Positions 1 through 13,240 of a stretch of DNA of 64,000 nucleotides are shown piece by piece. Position 1 is the first letter of the stretch, and each line of letters starts with the position of its first letter. The notes beneath the pieces are model-generated. The model was not told the origin of the DNA. It worked only from the letters and a program-made list of their open reading frames with translations, and ran no database searches. Origin of the DNA: Raillietiella orientalis (Eukaryota); assembly GCA_036172245.1 (NCBI GenBank), contig JAYWIR010000022.1:620001-684000 (forward strand), read 5' to 3'. The position numbers and the translations under genes were made by a program.

Positions 1-1109
1 GTACAAACGACGGTAACATGCGAAGTAATCAATTCAATCGGAAATTGTATAGCAGCAAACAAACTTGGGGGGAGCTTTTATTGGATTACTCTTTCGATTA
101 CTAAAAAACAACTGTGCGGAAAGAACGGGCTTTCCCTGCAGCACGGATTTACATTCGGACGTGATTTGGGACTTTTCTGCACTTCGTCATTATTTGCATT
201 ATCAGTCTTCCAGTCGCTGGAGCCTTTCACAACGGGCGGAAGTCACGGTCCGGACGCACGGATTGCATTATTTCAGGAGGCTGTCCGCATCCCGCTTTGG
301 CGACGGTGAGTCCCCCGACCCCTCCCCCCCTCTCCTCCTCCTCCTCGGGATCGGTGGAGGAGGATGGCTTCCTCGTCGTCCGTCCTTTGCCAGTGCCCGC
401 TTCACCCGGCCGCTCCATGATAAGCTTAATGAAATTTGCAGATTTCTTTCAGAGGCATGCAAGGCCGTGGTTTCCTTCCGATCCCTGCGTTCGCTGGGAC
501 CATGGTAACCTAATTTCTCAATTACGAAACGGCTACAAATCAGCAGTCCCATCCATCTTCGAAGTCCTCCGTTCACCACGCTTCCTCTGGTCGGAAATCG
601 ACCTCTTCCCCCGTTTTTCTTTTTTTCTTCAATGGGTATCGCATTCCTATTTCCTCGAGCTGGAAAGTGGTTAAAGATTCATCACTGTTATTAAATATTG
701 CAGGCCCGTCGCTTTCATCCTTCTTCCCTTTAAAATTTTCATAACCACTTCTTTTTCTCGAAGGCAATCGTTTCGCTCTGCTCACGGTACGACTGTGATG
801 CGACTTCGCTCCTTATCTCCTTCGCTGCTTCCTTGCTTCTTCAGGTGATGCCACTCCTAAAGGGAAGGTGCCTTACACTGCTTCTTGGACGTCTCGAACA
901 ACCAACGAGCAAGAATCAACTTGCAGTATTTAAAAGCAAATGCTCACTTGTTTACTAAATAGTCTGAAGCCAGCTTGTTTTCTCTCTTCCTAGACTAAAC
1001 AGTTCCACTAGGGAAACGGCTTTTCGACATCTTCCTGATCTCCCCATTTGCACATTACATTACCCAACATGTGCAATTCGCTGTAACAAACAGCAATAAA
1101 CTATGCTGC

Positions 1110-1134
1110 TATATATATATATATATGTATATAT
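1110..1134. repeat. (TA)n microsatellite
   Basis: Direct read: tatatatatatatatatgtatatat. Confidence 0.95.
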
Positions 1135-1705
1135 GAATTAAAAACTTCCAACTTCTATTAACTTTGGATTATTCTCGCGCAGCCCCTTGCGTTACCGTTT
1201 ACCAAATCCTGACATAAATCATTTAACGTAATAAATCCATTTACATTTAGTATTCATAACTCCAAGCGCAGACTCCATGTTCCGTCCTTGATAAATGATG
1301 GCTGTCGCATGATTAAACACATATTAAATAATGGTTAGTTGTGATTCGTAACACAAAACGTTTATTACTGTGATATTATTATAATACCATTTAATGCAAA
1401 ATGCATTAATTATAAATATGTTCACGTTGGACGATCCATGCTATCATCCATCTTTCACGAGATGGGATTTTTGTTGATGTTTCACACTAGGAAGAGGGAA
1501 CATTGCATAACGCAGTGTCCATCGCCCACCCATCTCGCATGGAGCCATTTTTCAGTCATCATCCGAACCAACCCTCAATTCAATTTACCAAATGTGAGAT
1601 CAGCTTTATAGAACCCCTTGATTTCCATCGTGATTTCTGTTGAACATATGCGAGGAGCTATTTTTGAAGCTGCAAGAGATGCTGAACTTGATAGCCAAAA
1701 GAACA

Positions 1706-1768
1706 AGAGAGAGAGAGAGAGAGAGAGAGGAACGCAAAAAAAAAAAAAAAGAAAAGAAAAAAAAAAAA
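1706..1768. repeat. (GA)n microsatellite followed by an A-rich/poly-A tract
   Basis: Direct read of the repeat and A runs. Confidence 0.95.
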
Positions 1769-1962
1769 TGAAGAATGACGAACACCTGAGATCCAAATTG
1801 CTTATGTTCAAGAGTTCCCTTTTTTGTCTGTTCAACTTTACACATGATGGTCGAAAGAAACTTCAAAGAACATAATTCAGTCGAAATAAAGAGGAATCAG
1901 AAAAACCACCGAAACTTTTTTTTTCCCCCTTCCCCGCTTCAAACAGTCGTTCTCAGCATCCG

Positions 1963-1993
<31 letters not shown>

Positions 1994-4900
1994 GTGGTCC
2001 AACTGAGAAATGCGGAAAAACCGGTATCCGAATTAACCAACCTGTCAGGTCTTGACCGCTCGGAGACTTTTCGCCTCCGCTAATAACACGGGATGCAACC
2101 GAGCATCCTCCTCCGGTGTCGCGTCGGTAATCAGAAATCGACAGATGCAGTCAGAAAAGAAAGAAAAAGAAAATCCTCGTCATGGGGAAACGGGAAATTA
2201 AAATATGCAAATTGCCTTGGCAATGCAGTCACTCGTCTCCACGTCAAGTCGACGGTGGCTCCCCCCCCGCCCTCGTGCAAACTTGACGCACGTTTCCCCT
2301 GTACAGGAGGACGTGGCTTTGGCGGCACCACGTGTGCGTGCCTGTACACACTGCACGCGACCTGTTTGAGATGCAGAACTTCACGTACGTGACAACGGAA
2401 CGCAACGCCGAAATTTCGGAAAGTCGCCGATTCTGGAACGGGGGGCGCCAGCATCCGAGTCTTTTCGGATGCTGCCGATCCCAGGGCAGCGCGGGCATCG
2501 GCCGTCGGGACGGGTGCCGCAGCTTATCCGACCGTTTCCAAGCAACGTTCACGCAACCCCCCCCCCCCCCCCGCGTACACATCCGCACAACGTCGCCTGC
2601 CTTGCCAACAGAAAACTCGAGCGGATTAAACGCCGAGATCATTTCCGAATATGCCATGTAATTTGATTTCATACTTCTTATTCTCAGGCTGCTTTCCTTT
2701 GGGTCAGCTGATACTAAAAGATGATGAAAGAGACGTTGCTGGGCACGTGAGATCGATATGAAATGCATTCGAAAAGCAGCCGCCAAGTACCACGACGGAA
2801 ATACCATTTATTCAATAAGCTTCATCAGAGCACACGGTCATAACGAAGTTGTATGGCCGGGAGCGAAGTAAGCTCTGAGAAATTTGTTGTCTGCCAGCGA
2901 AACGAAGTGAGGTTACACGGTGGAATGAATGCAGGACGACAGCTTCCTCGTCACACACTTTGAATCCAAAGTCCCCGTTCTCACAAGTCTGTCGTTTTCT
3001 TCTTCCGGGGATGCTCTACTTTCGCATCTCATCTCAGAATGCTGGGATTCCCAGCCGCTGACGTCTCGCAGCTGAGATTCTCGAGATCACCTACTCCTAC
3101 AAACCAAATTTCGAAAACACACACACACACACACGCCTTACGCTGCTCGACAGGAGCGCTGTCTTTGCGTGTCAAGGAATCTCTGCCCAAACAGGATTAG
3201 GAAAGTCCATCTGCCTTTCCAGAACGGATCTGAGCGACAACAAAACGGCGCCAATGTACGAAACCATCCTTTTGGCGCTCTTCTCGCCTTCAGCGAGGTT
3301 CACCCCGGTGCTTTTGTTTTGACCACGAGACACAAAGGCTGCTGAAGTGAAAGCACAAAGAATAATTCCGATCGTGGTCCTTAAATCGCACCGTCGTCAG
3401 GACTGCGGCGGGCAGTTTCTGTGAGGTCACCGTGGTGATGGCACATTTTCTTCTTGCCGCAACTCTCTCCTTCGTGACACAATGAGAGTGCGCGGAGGAG
3501 GACGACCATAACTTAGCTTCCAAGATAAGGCCATGTAACCACCGCTGAGTAATGTAACATTCCTTGGTCTAAATAATATTGTTTGCACAATCTCGGTTTC
3601 GTTGCCTGACGCAAGAAGATAAAGTGAAACGAATGATTTCTCCGTTTTCGCAGCGGCTCGAACGCGGGAACAAATAACTGTCAGCAGGGATCCTCTGCAT
3701 AGCGAAAAAGGATATCCTAAACTGACTGGCATCCGCTACCAATAAGTTTGCTTATTTGTCATTTATGCAGAGATAAACCAGAATGAATCCCCCTCCTCCC
3801 CCCCCCCAACGCAAGCTTAGCACATTAGGGACGCGGCTTACTTAAATCATAGGCGTTTTCATTCTTAATGCACAGCAAGTGCTTGCGCATGGTAATGTTT
3901 TTTGGAGAGGAACCGAGCAAAGTGTAGGCTCGGAGACACGGATGCAAATTGGACTTTGCTCTCCCAATTCAGCCCACGGATTGAAGCACTCTGCTTTCTC
4001 AAATCAGTCCATCGATCCCTTTGATGGAGCCCTTTCGAAACAGCACAACCACGCGAATTCTGCCGAAACCATTCTGGCTCGGACTCGGAATTCACGACGG
4101 TCATCTTCTTCCTGGTTCCCGAATCGACACACACAACGTACACGTATGCCACACTGCGAAAACACACGCTCTGAACGCTTGGCGGGTTGGTCCCCTTACG
4201 CTACACTTACGGTGAAATGCTGACCAGCAAGATTGCAATTCACAGCATGTGCAGTCAAGTGGTTTCCGGTTTCCAACGGATACTGCTGGCGCTTGGAACA
4301 GACAGCTATGAATTTCCAAGTAATGCTTCGGAGAGCAATTGCCTACGAAACATAGCTCTCTCCCCTTAAGAGTCTCCCGGTGTCCATGCCATCGTCGTCG
4401 TCTGTGTCCATAGTCTTCTTTAATGTACCGGGCAGGATCACTGTGGAACGCGCGGCCTGTGGCCTCGTGGACCGCAGCTGGCGCTCAAGAGTCGCATTCC
4501 ACGATTCTTTTCCGGTTTTCCCACACGAAAGTGCACACGGAGAATTAATTTCTCAAGGGGCTTTCTCCGTCTCGCAGCCGTGCCGAGTCGATCGTCCTAT
4601 GCGCGCGACTGCTACACCGACGGTGCTTCAGTGTATACACGACGCTCGCAGAATGTGTCACGGGAATGCTGAGTTTATCGTTAATGAGTGTGTGCACCTA
4701 AAGGAATGAAACCCGTCGCTGCAGGACGCATGGCCATGCTGACGATCACGGAGAAATTCGAGCTGCTACGTCCCCTTGATAGGTGCTGTGCCCCGAGGGA
4801 AGAACGGAAAGCAGGACACGGAGAGCGTTTCGCCACACGGCACAAAGTGGAAAAATTTCATTCAATACCTGATCAAAGCACGCCACAAGGAAGGGATCCT

Positions 4901-7900
4901 CGCGATCCTTTTGCGGTTCCTTGGTTTGCATTCGACGCAAATCCGGCCGTCGAGCATCATTCGGTGTGATCAAAAAACAGCGAAAAGAACTTTTTCCGCA
5001 TCGGATCTTCATTTTCACCCTGTTGTGTAGGCCTCTGCACTGCGAGAGTGTATCGGGTTTCTGGCGAATGCCTACGAGGGCACATGACGATATCATCCGA
5101 CTCAGAGCGCTCCCAAAACCTTCTGCCACCTTCTTTCTCTTTTTTAATCCACGAGCAAATTTAACGCATCGTCTGCCTGCGATGTCACTTCTGAAATTCG
5201 AACTCTGTTCACGTGCGAGACATCCGAAGACGTAACCTCCGAGCTGAAATTTCCGATGCATCTACGGAAATTGCGAGACCCCGTGCACAAAGGGAAATTT
5301 TAACATTTTAACAAGAAAAGGCCGTTTGAAAATAAAAGAAACAAGAACAGAACGCACGTGACTTTGATAGAGAACACGAGGATGGCATCTCATCGCAAAT
5401 ACTCCAGGAGCAAATAAATCATCTTACGCTGGTACGATCTTGCGCTTTCCGAAGGTGAGAGTTCCGAACCAATCTCCAGAACACTGCGTCACTGATAATT
5501 CTGCTTATTTCATATGAATTTGTCCGATTCGAAAAGCATGCATCGGAGAGCTTGTACAGAATCCGGTTCCGAGAGGAGCTTCGCGGACATGACGGATGAG
5601 CAGGGGCATCAGGGAGAAAGAGGAGGTTTTCGATGCTGCATCGCTCCGTCTGAAGCACTTGATAACATCCAGACGGAGCACGAAGCGGAGCGGAATTTTC
5701 AAACAAATAAATAAAAAAGAATTCGGGGTCTGAAGTTCAATTCGGTGTCAGGCAGCAACCCCTTGTGCGAGCGAGCGACGTACATCTGCGAGCATACATT
5801 TGTCCCCCCTGCTGAAACATGGTGGCTGTGGTATATATCGAAAGATAATATCTGCCTGCTGTTCCGGCACGTAGGGAGGAGGAGGCCTAGCTTTCCTCGT
5901 ACGTATAAAATTAGACCACCCTGCCATTGTTGCCGAGTTTGCCCTGTGGTGGTTGCGTGGTTACCGAACTTTGTTGCCGCCGCCGCGAAATCGAAATCGC
6001 CATTGTTGCCGTGAAATGGATTCCGATTGTTGCTCCCAAACGGAACGGATCCGGCCCCAATTTTAGTACATGTACAGCCGGAGCGTGCATGTACAATTTC
6101 GCCCCACGAAAGCTGACAAGTGCATTCTGCTCGTAACCAGGCTGGTTTCGAGTCGTCATTCCTCGCTCGCAACGCACATGCTGGTTCGAGACCGAAGGGT
6201 GCTGCCAAAACATTTTGGGGGTGGTTTTTTATACTCTCGCTGCAGATGACGATACAATTTGTGTTCCTCGTCAAGGATCATCCGGAGAGGATCTCGGCAT
6301 CGCAAATCCGGAAAGCAAGGAGATCACCGAGAATGGGGAAAGAAAGGGTTTCCGATTCGCGGGGCAGAATGCAATAAACACGCCAAAGTTGAATAGAGGA
6401 CACCAAAGCATAGAATCCTGATCACTTTTTTGCCAGAGGCGGCACGGATGCTCGAGACTTGAGCGATGATCTTAAAGCAGCAAGCTCTCATAGAGGTGTT
6501 CACCATGCGTTGCTTCACAGCAGCTAGCACAAGGGGATACCACTGCTCTGTCGCAAAATGAATAAAAGAATTTCATTAAAAGCAGCTAGAGTGCACAAGT
6601 TGAAAAGCCCATTGCAAACTTTTTATTAAAAATTACGGAATTTCTAAAAACTCACTCCGGTGTGTAAGCTTCAGTAGCTATACACTCCCTACAGATCAGG
6701 CTCATCCCAAGGAATGCAACCAACTTATTAATCATGCGGTTTTCACAGACAAAAACTACATCCCTGGTTGCCAATAGCTTTCAAAAAAGCTCCTTAGCAA
6801 AATTTATATTAATGAGATCAGTCAGCATGTGGGGAATCAAACACTTCATCAGCGTGGGATGCATTACAGTGATGATTTTCACTCAAGGCATCATGTAGTC
6901 CTCGTTCCACCCCCCCGTCCCCCAAGGGAAAAAAATAAATAAATAAATGGAGATTTAATCACCTTGCATTAAGAGGAACCGACACCATGATTCAAAGAAA
7001 AGAATTATGAGAGCGTTATCAAAAATTACCATTCATTATTGTTAGTAGTAAGGAATTCAACAACATCAGTTTTTTTTCTTTTCTTGGACAACAAATTCTC
7101 GTCTCGAAAATCTGTTGGAGGGTCGGCAAAGTAAATTATACAATTAAAGGAAAAATAAAAAAATCTACGCCTAGATCCGTGCACAAAATTTCGAGACTTT
7201 TCAGAAAACTGCATTGCGTGTCTTAAAAGTCGTTTCTTTATTAGGCCAGAAAACAGAGTCCCTCGAGCAATTACGGGATAACTGCTGAAAAGTATATATT
7301 AAGCGGTAGACTCATAATCTTTTCGGGAGAAAAAGTCTGAAGAAGGGAATCAGGTTAACGAAATTGCTCCTGCAAAGTCAATTCTTTCGTCATCCTCCGT
7401 TTGGAGCTAAGCCGAATAAGTTGAAGAAGGACGAAGAAGAAGGAAAAAATGCAGCGGTGTTTAAGCCTCAGTAATAACGTTAATCGCAACGAAAATAACT
7501 GGAAGACGCACCCAATTCAAGTTTATTCTTCTTCACATTTTTCCAGAACCAACTGTAAAAAGTCATTCGCTGCGTTGCATGGAAAAACGGATGGAAGTTG
7601 GTGAAAACCATTCATTGATTCTAAGAGCTGATTGCAAAGCAGAATGCTAATGTGGGAACACATCCGTGGCATGCAAAGAAAGTAGAGAGAGACGACGACC
7701 ACCGTTTGATGTCATCCTCACCAGATAGATTCTCTCCATCTACACAGCTTCCGGCAGACACAGACACACACGCATCCCAGGGGCAAGGCAGACTGCAAAA
7801 ATCTGTGCTCCTCATGGTTACGCATGAGCTTGAGTTGCAGGCTCAGGTGCGGCATGTGTACAATGCCGATGACCATTTTTGCAATCCATCTTGAGATCTC

Positions 7901-9373
7901 TTCTTCCGAGTAAAGAAGATGCTCGAGGTGATTGAAACGCTTGTGCTTATTTATTGCCGAGATAATAACAGAGATAAGTGGGTTTCCGAAAGGATTCACC
8001 ATCTGCAACACAAAGTGAAATCCCATTTTCAAATCGACGTCTTTGTGCCGCCTGACATGTGCTGCGTCTGCACGTGCAATTACGTACATCATCACACAAT
8101 CAAGAAGCACTGCTGATCATGGAGATCACAATACCCAGAGAGGAATCAGGGGGATTTCCCCGTTTCCGGCAGACTTCCCAAACCGAATACTGCAACGTTT
8201 CCCTTTTTGAGGTTTAAAATGCTACACTTTTTGTTTGCGACTTTCAAGCATCCCAAGGATTTTCCATGATAAATCTCCGGTAGAAAACACGAAGGACCAA
8301 CGGAAGCAAGCTTAGACTTTTCCTTCCGTCCAGTGACATCTCAGTGGACTCTCTATACAAAGTGTTTGCTAAAACTAATGTTCTAAGTACACACTCCCGT
8401 GGTGCTTTAATGAATTCATTGGGGAAGTATTTCAGAGTGCTGCTATCTTCTCACCCCCGCCCCCACCCCATCCCCCAATTATGCCCATTTACAATAGAAA
8501 TCGGTTTTCAGAGGTAATATGGACTCTGCGCCTGATACACAGGAATCTTCGTTATACATGCTGACCCAGTGAGAGGTTATACATAGAGATCTCAGGAGAC
8601 CACGGGGTGGAGGGGGGGGGGGACGGAAGAAGTACGGCAACAAAAAACATATAAATTGTGAAATCCTCAAATGGCGTATCGGTGAATCATTTCTTAAGCT
8701 GGAATCCATTGGGGTTATCGTTCTCGCGTATGATTTCACTGAGACACATTACAAGCTTCGTGGATTCGGAAGTTCAAGGCTTTGAAATTTCTTCGGAAAA
8801 AAGTCAGAATAAAAGCGATTGACTCACATTTTCCGCTTTTTTTTTTCCTCCTTCCCCTTTTCCTTTTGATTCCACGTGAGACATTCCGTCTGAATTTCCT
8901 CAATTAACAGTGCACGTCCACCGAATGCTTGCCATAAGGCAAACTTAGTCACTTCTGGAACGATAATTTTCCCATCTCCTTCGGGTCACACGTGTTCCAC
9001 CCATCCATTCCAGGCCGGAGCGATATAACGTGAAATGCATACTGTGCCTCGATAGACGAGATAGACAAGTGGTCGCGAGGAAAGGCAGATGATTTGTCTC
9101 CTGGGGTGAGAGAAACAGCAGCTGCAGAAGCAACGAGTTCACGGTGCGTTTCCAGGAGCCGTTCTCTTTCCATTAATGCGTCGCAGGACATCAGCCTGCC
9201 GATTCAATGGACTGAAGTCATACATCCAGATAACGAGATCATTGGAGAGGTAGGACTGAGCCCTGTGACTCACGGGTGCGTCTCCCCAGGGTGTACCCGA
9301 CAGATTTCCGTCTTGCACACAACTTGCCTTCCGGTTAGCAGCAGCAGCACTTGCTGCCAGACATCTTGCACGC

Positions 9374-9394
9374 ACACACACACACACACACACA
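9374..9394. repeat. (CA)n microsatellite
   Basis: Direct read; similar tracts near 3117, 10396 and 13505. Confidence 0.9.
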
Positions 9395-11035
9395 CGCAGA
9401 GACCTTGGAACGAAAGTCTGATGGCAAAAAACCTCAGAAAACCTACTTCCACCTAGTGGATCTCAAGAGCAAGGTGCTACTAGCTGACTTGCTGGTTGCT
9501 CGAAGATCTGTCCGGGATCACAGGGACTGGTCGCCGGAAGCAGAAAGCGGCAAACAACCTACGGGTCGACTTCATCTCACAGAGTACGTTTCCACTGGTT
9601 GCCTCCAGCGATATCCCGTGGTCCTCTCCCGAGTGTTCAGTGCTTTCCGAACTGATTTGGCGAATTTTTCACAAGAACTTGCGAATCACAGATTCTCTCT
9701 CACAGGGAAAAACGAATGATAAAACCCCCGAGATTTCAGCACTGCTCATCGTGGGCCTTGGAATACCCTCGTGGTCGTACAGTGATACACTCCTTTTTTT
9801 CGTGCTGACCTGGTACGCACATGCCCAACGGCACGTTCTCAAACGCTCCTCCCTACCGAAGTTTCACTTTTCTTGAGGAAAAAAAAAAGCACCCATGATT
9901 TGGCGGAATCCAATACCTTATCGAGATCTTGTAGACATTTGTATGAGAGACAGATAAAACTATAGCTAACACTCCCATATAACAACCAATCTATCTCATG
10001 GCTGCTTTGGTTTTTACCTAAGTTTCTTATCATGCATGCCGCTTTTATTATCTAACAGACACGTGGTTTTTATTTTTTTTTTAAAGCCTGAAGCAATCCA
10101 TGCAAGTGATTCTCCACTGGACCAAACCTCCTTGCACCAAACTTCCATTCAAAACCGGGCACACGGAAATATTTTCCGCCACTCGAGCCCCTCTCCCCCC
10201 CCCCCCCCCCGGTATATCATTTCCTTAATATGGTTGAAATCAATAAATGCTACACAATCAAACGTATCTCAACTCAACGCGAGAGGATCATTGAGAAGCC
10301 GGGAATACGCACAATTAGTTGGGGAATGATCGGGGAGTCATCCATGCATGTGATGGAATGCATTTTTAAGCACCATGTGGGAAAAACGCGCGCGCGCACA
10401 CACACACACACCACTCGCTCTCGATTTTCCTTTCTCTTCGCAATCGGATGAACGGATAAAAAATCTTTTGCTCGATTGAAGCTGGCATCTCAATGTGCAA
10501 AACATTGTGAAACGAAAAGTTTGAACTCCATCGCTGCAGCAGCGGCGCTCTTCTTCCTCTCTTTCATTACTTCCGTTCTTTTTTGCCGGGAGTTCTATTT
10601 TCCAGGAGCATCGCCTTAAAAGTACAAAGGCGAACAGGAAAAAAAAGGAAAAGAAAGGAGCGGAAAGAAGAAAGGCTCCCATCGTGATGAATATGCATTT
10701 TTAAAAAAAAAAAAAAATGAAGAATATATAAAATTACAGCGATAGCTACCGTCCATCGAACGTGGACATGGAGGCGGGGAGGGGGGGCACTGGAAAAATC
10801 TGAACTCTACATGCCGTGGCATGAATTGTACAACGCGCATGTACACTTTGGCTGGTCTCCCGAGCAGCGAGGGTTCTCTCTCACTGCTGCATGCATGTAA
10901 TCTTGAAAATGAAGAAGGGAGTAAAATACAGTAACACATCAAATGTCAGAGCCATGGAGAAGATGTTGGGAAAGAAATACACTGATCAAATGTGTACACA
11001 CATATAACATGATAAAACAGCTACTTCTCCAAAAG

Positions 11036-11059
11036 CAACAACAACAACAACAACAACAA
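11036..11059. repeat. (CAA)8 microsatellite
   Basis: Direct read; produces the spurious polyQ in ORF 10943..11395. Confidence 0.95.
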
Positions 11060-11180
11060 AAAGCATCAGTAATTAGAATTTTCAGATTGTGTAGTCTGAA
11101 GACCACACAATCGAAAAATTCGACTTCCTTCCATGACAAGCGCTCAGGCTTGCCATTTGTATTTTGGTGTCGAAAGAAAG

Positions 11181-11203
11181 GAGAGAGAGAGAGAGAGAGA
11201 GAG
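11181..11203. repeat. (GA)n microsatellite
   Basis: Direct read. Confidence 0.95.
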
Positions 11204-12716
11204 AAAAAAACTCTAAACAGATCTGAAGGCTGCTTTGTACTTTTAATGGATTTGGCTGACAATTATCAGGAAAATTATTTCTGTGAGAACTGCAAAGCAC
11301 TTTTCATATTTCAGAGAAGATTGGTAGGAACACGGCGTGGAAGACGCAAACGAGAAGACAATCACGAGCATCCGATGTTATTTTTAAATTCCTAAAGGAG
11401 GCAGAAAATTGGTCCATCGGAAAATTTCTAAAGCATCCCTACTATTCTCTGCACATGTGTTCTGGTAACAAAAGCTATTTCTAAAGATTTCATGGTCCAG
11501 GTCAAATTCTAAACGCTGCTTCTGGGAATGGAGATGTGGAGTTAGAAAAACCTTAGGAATACCAAAGGGATGAAACCTGTGCCTAAACTGATAAGCGATA
11601 ACATTTTAATTTTTTATTCTTTTTTTGCCGAAACCCGAAACGCTTCGGAACTCTTACGTAGTTCATTCAATTATCCTATAATCGTAGAGGCATCTTCTGG
11701 TCATATTTGAGGGTCCGACGGGAACCGTCGATGGAAAAAGTTTCGGTTTTGTGCCCTTATTTTTCAGCAATCATTTTTTTTTTTTTTCTTCCTTTTCTTT
11801 CCCCAGAAAGTTTCTGTGATTTTGGGCTTCTGGAATGGAAACTTTTGCTTTCCTGTTCGAAGGAACCCTTATTTCTAGGCGGCAGATATCACGGCCTGAT
11901 AGTGGGGGATCGACGAAATAGCTGGATGCGGAGGAGCAACGAGTCGAATAAAACGAGTCGAATCCACATTTGGAATGCTAAGAAGGCAAAAGAAATAAAA
12001 ATAAAATAAAGTAAAATACACCGTGTAACCCTGCCTCCGCTTGCGTCTCCCATGAACGGCAACTTTTTGTTGATGGAGAATGTATCAAACCGCCGTAGAT
12101 TTATAGGGAATGCATTAAATTATGACTCATAATGCTCTGTTAAAAAGGCACCTTCCTCTCTAAAGAATAATAACCGGGCAGATAAAGAATAATAATTCAT
12201 TCCATTCTTTCATGCAACATTTAGCGCTTTTTTCCTTCGCTACCCGCATCTGTGTCGGATGAACTTCCCCCAGCGGCTTTGAATGTTTTAAAGTCCTCTC
12301 TTTAATTTAGCGGAATGATGCTGCACATGTAACCAGATGTGACGAATGAATTCATCCAACTTTTATTTGCTCCTAATCCTTTTTGTATTACAACACCATA
12401 AACACGGTACGGCACGGAATTTATTTGCTCGATGCTTATGTAGTGGCATTAATGTATCAATGTCTAGAGCAATGTATCGCGTCATATCTCCGCATGAGTT
12501 TTTTTTTGCAGGGGAGGAAGGGAAAAAAAAAGGGGGGTGGAGGAGACGCATACTCACAAAGATGAAAAACGCAAGAAAAGAGCTGTTTTAATCAAACACA
12601 TGCATGTGTGTGTGTACGAGCGGCTCTTCAGGGAACTTAACCACCGAAGAAGGAAGGACAAAGCTGTTGGGCATCGGAGGGGTGATCCAGACACTCAATT
12701 TATCTATTTCATTTAG

Positions 12717-12889
12717 TGGAATGCTCAACCGCCAGCAGCTCGGGAGGACGCGGGACATCCCAAGGAAAGGGTGGTTCTTGAGCGTCCTCCGGGCGGTGCG
12801 ACTTGCACAAGGCGCAAAGGTGCACGCCGACGCCCTGCTTGCACGGCTGTGACCAGCGTGAACACGAGCCGGGATCCCGACAAACTCAG
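12717..12889 (+). other. Candidate internal exon, product unknown
   Basis: Pyrimidine-rich acceptor ttatctatttcatttag|TGG and donor CAG|gtaagg; one frame is open throughout (WNAQPPAAREDAGHPKERVV...DPDKL). No recognisable homology and no partner exons identified. Confidence 0.22.
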
Positions 12890-13216
12890 GTAAGGGAAAA
12901 AAGGGGAACGCACACATCCCGGATCTGCGTTTCCCGAATTCGCGGGCGCGCTTGCCGGGAAGGACGCACGCATACTTCGCTCCTCGAAGACGGCGCAAAG
13001 ATACGGAAACGAGTCGGGAAAAAAAAAAAAAAAAGCAAACAAGCAAGCAAAGAGGGAGAGAGGAGGAAGAAGAAGAAGAAGAGGAAAAAAAAAAAAAATA
13101 GGCTTGCTGTTCAGATTGGTGCTCGATGACGTTCCCAATCTACACGGAGTCCTCCTCCTCCTACTTAACACGCCAGCCGAACGTGAAAACCAACCGAAAA
13201 AGAAAAAAAAAGAGAG

Positions 13217-13240
13217 GAAGAAGAAGAAGAAGAAGAAGAA
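13217..13240. repeat. (GAA)8 microsatellite within a purine-rich tract
   Basis: Direct read. Confidence 0.95.

Noticed and set aside
277..305. Micro-exon tttcag|GAGGCTG...GACG|gtgagt
   Set aside because: Splice-like signals of this quality occur by chance; no supporting homology.
5460..5630. Integrase-like PEHCVTDNSAYF...RMSRGIREK
   Set aside because: A single short motif interrupted by stops, with no other LTR-element features; too weak to call.
7840..7960. Kinase-like peptide LYSEEEISRWIAKMVIGIVHM on the minus strand
   Set aside because: Not followed by an HRD motif, no convincing splice sites, and no other kinase exons found.
10943..11395. PolyQ-containing 150-aa ORF
   Set aside because: Its low-complexity tracts come from (CAA)n and (GA)n microsatellites; no domain recognised.
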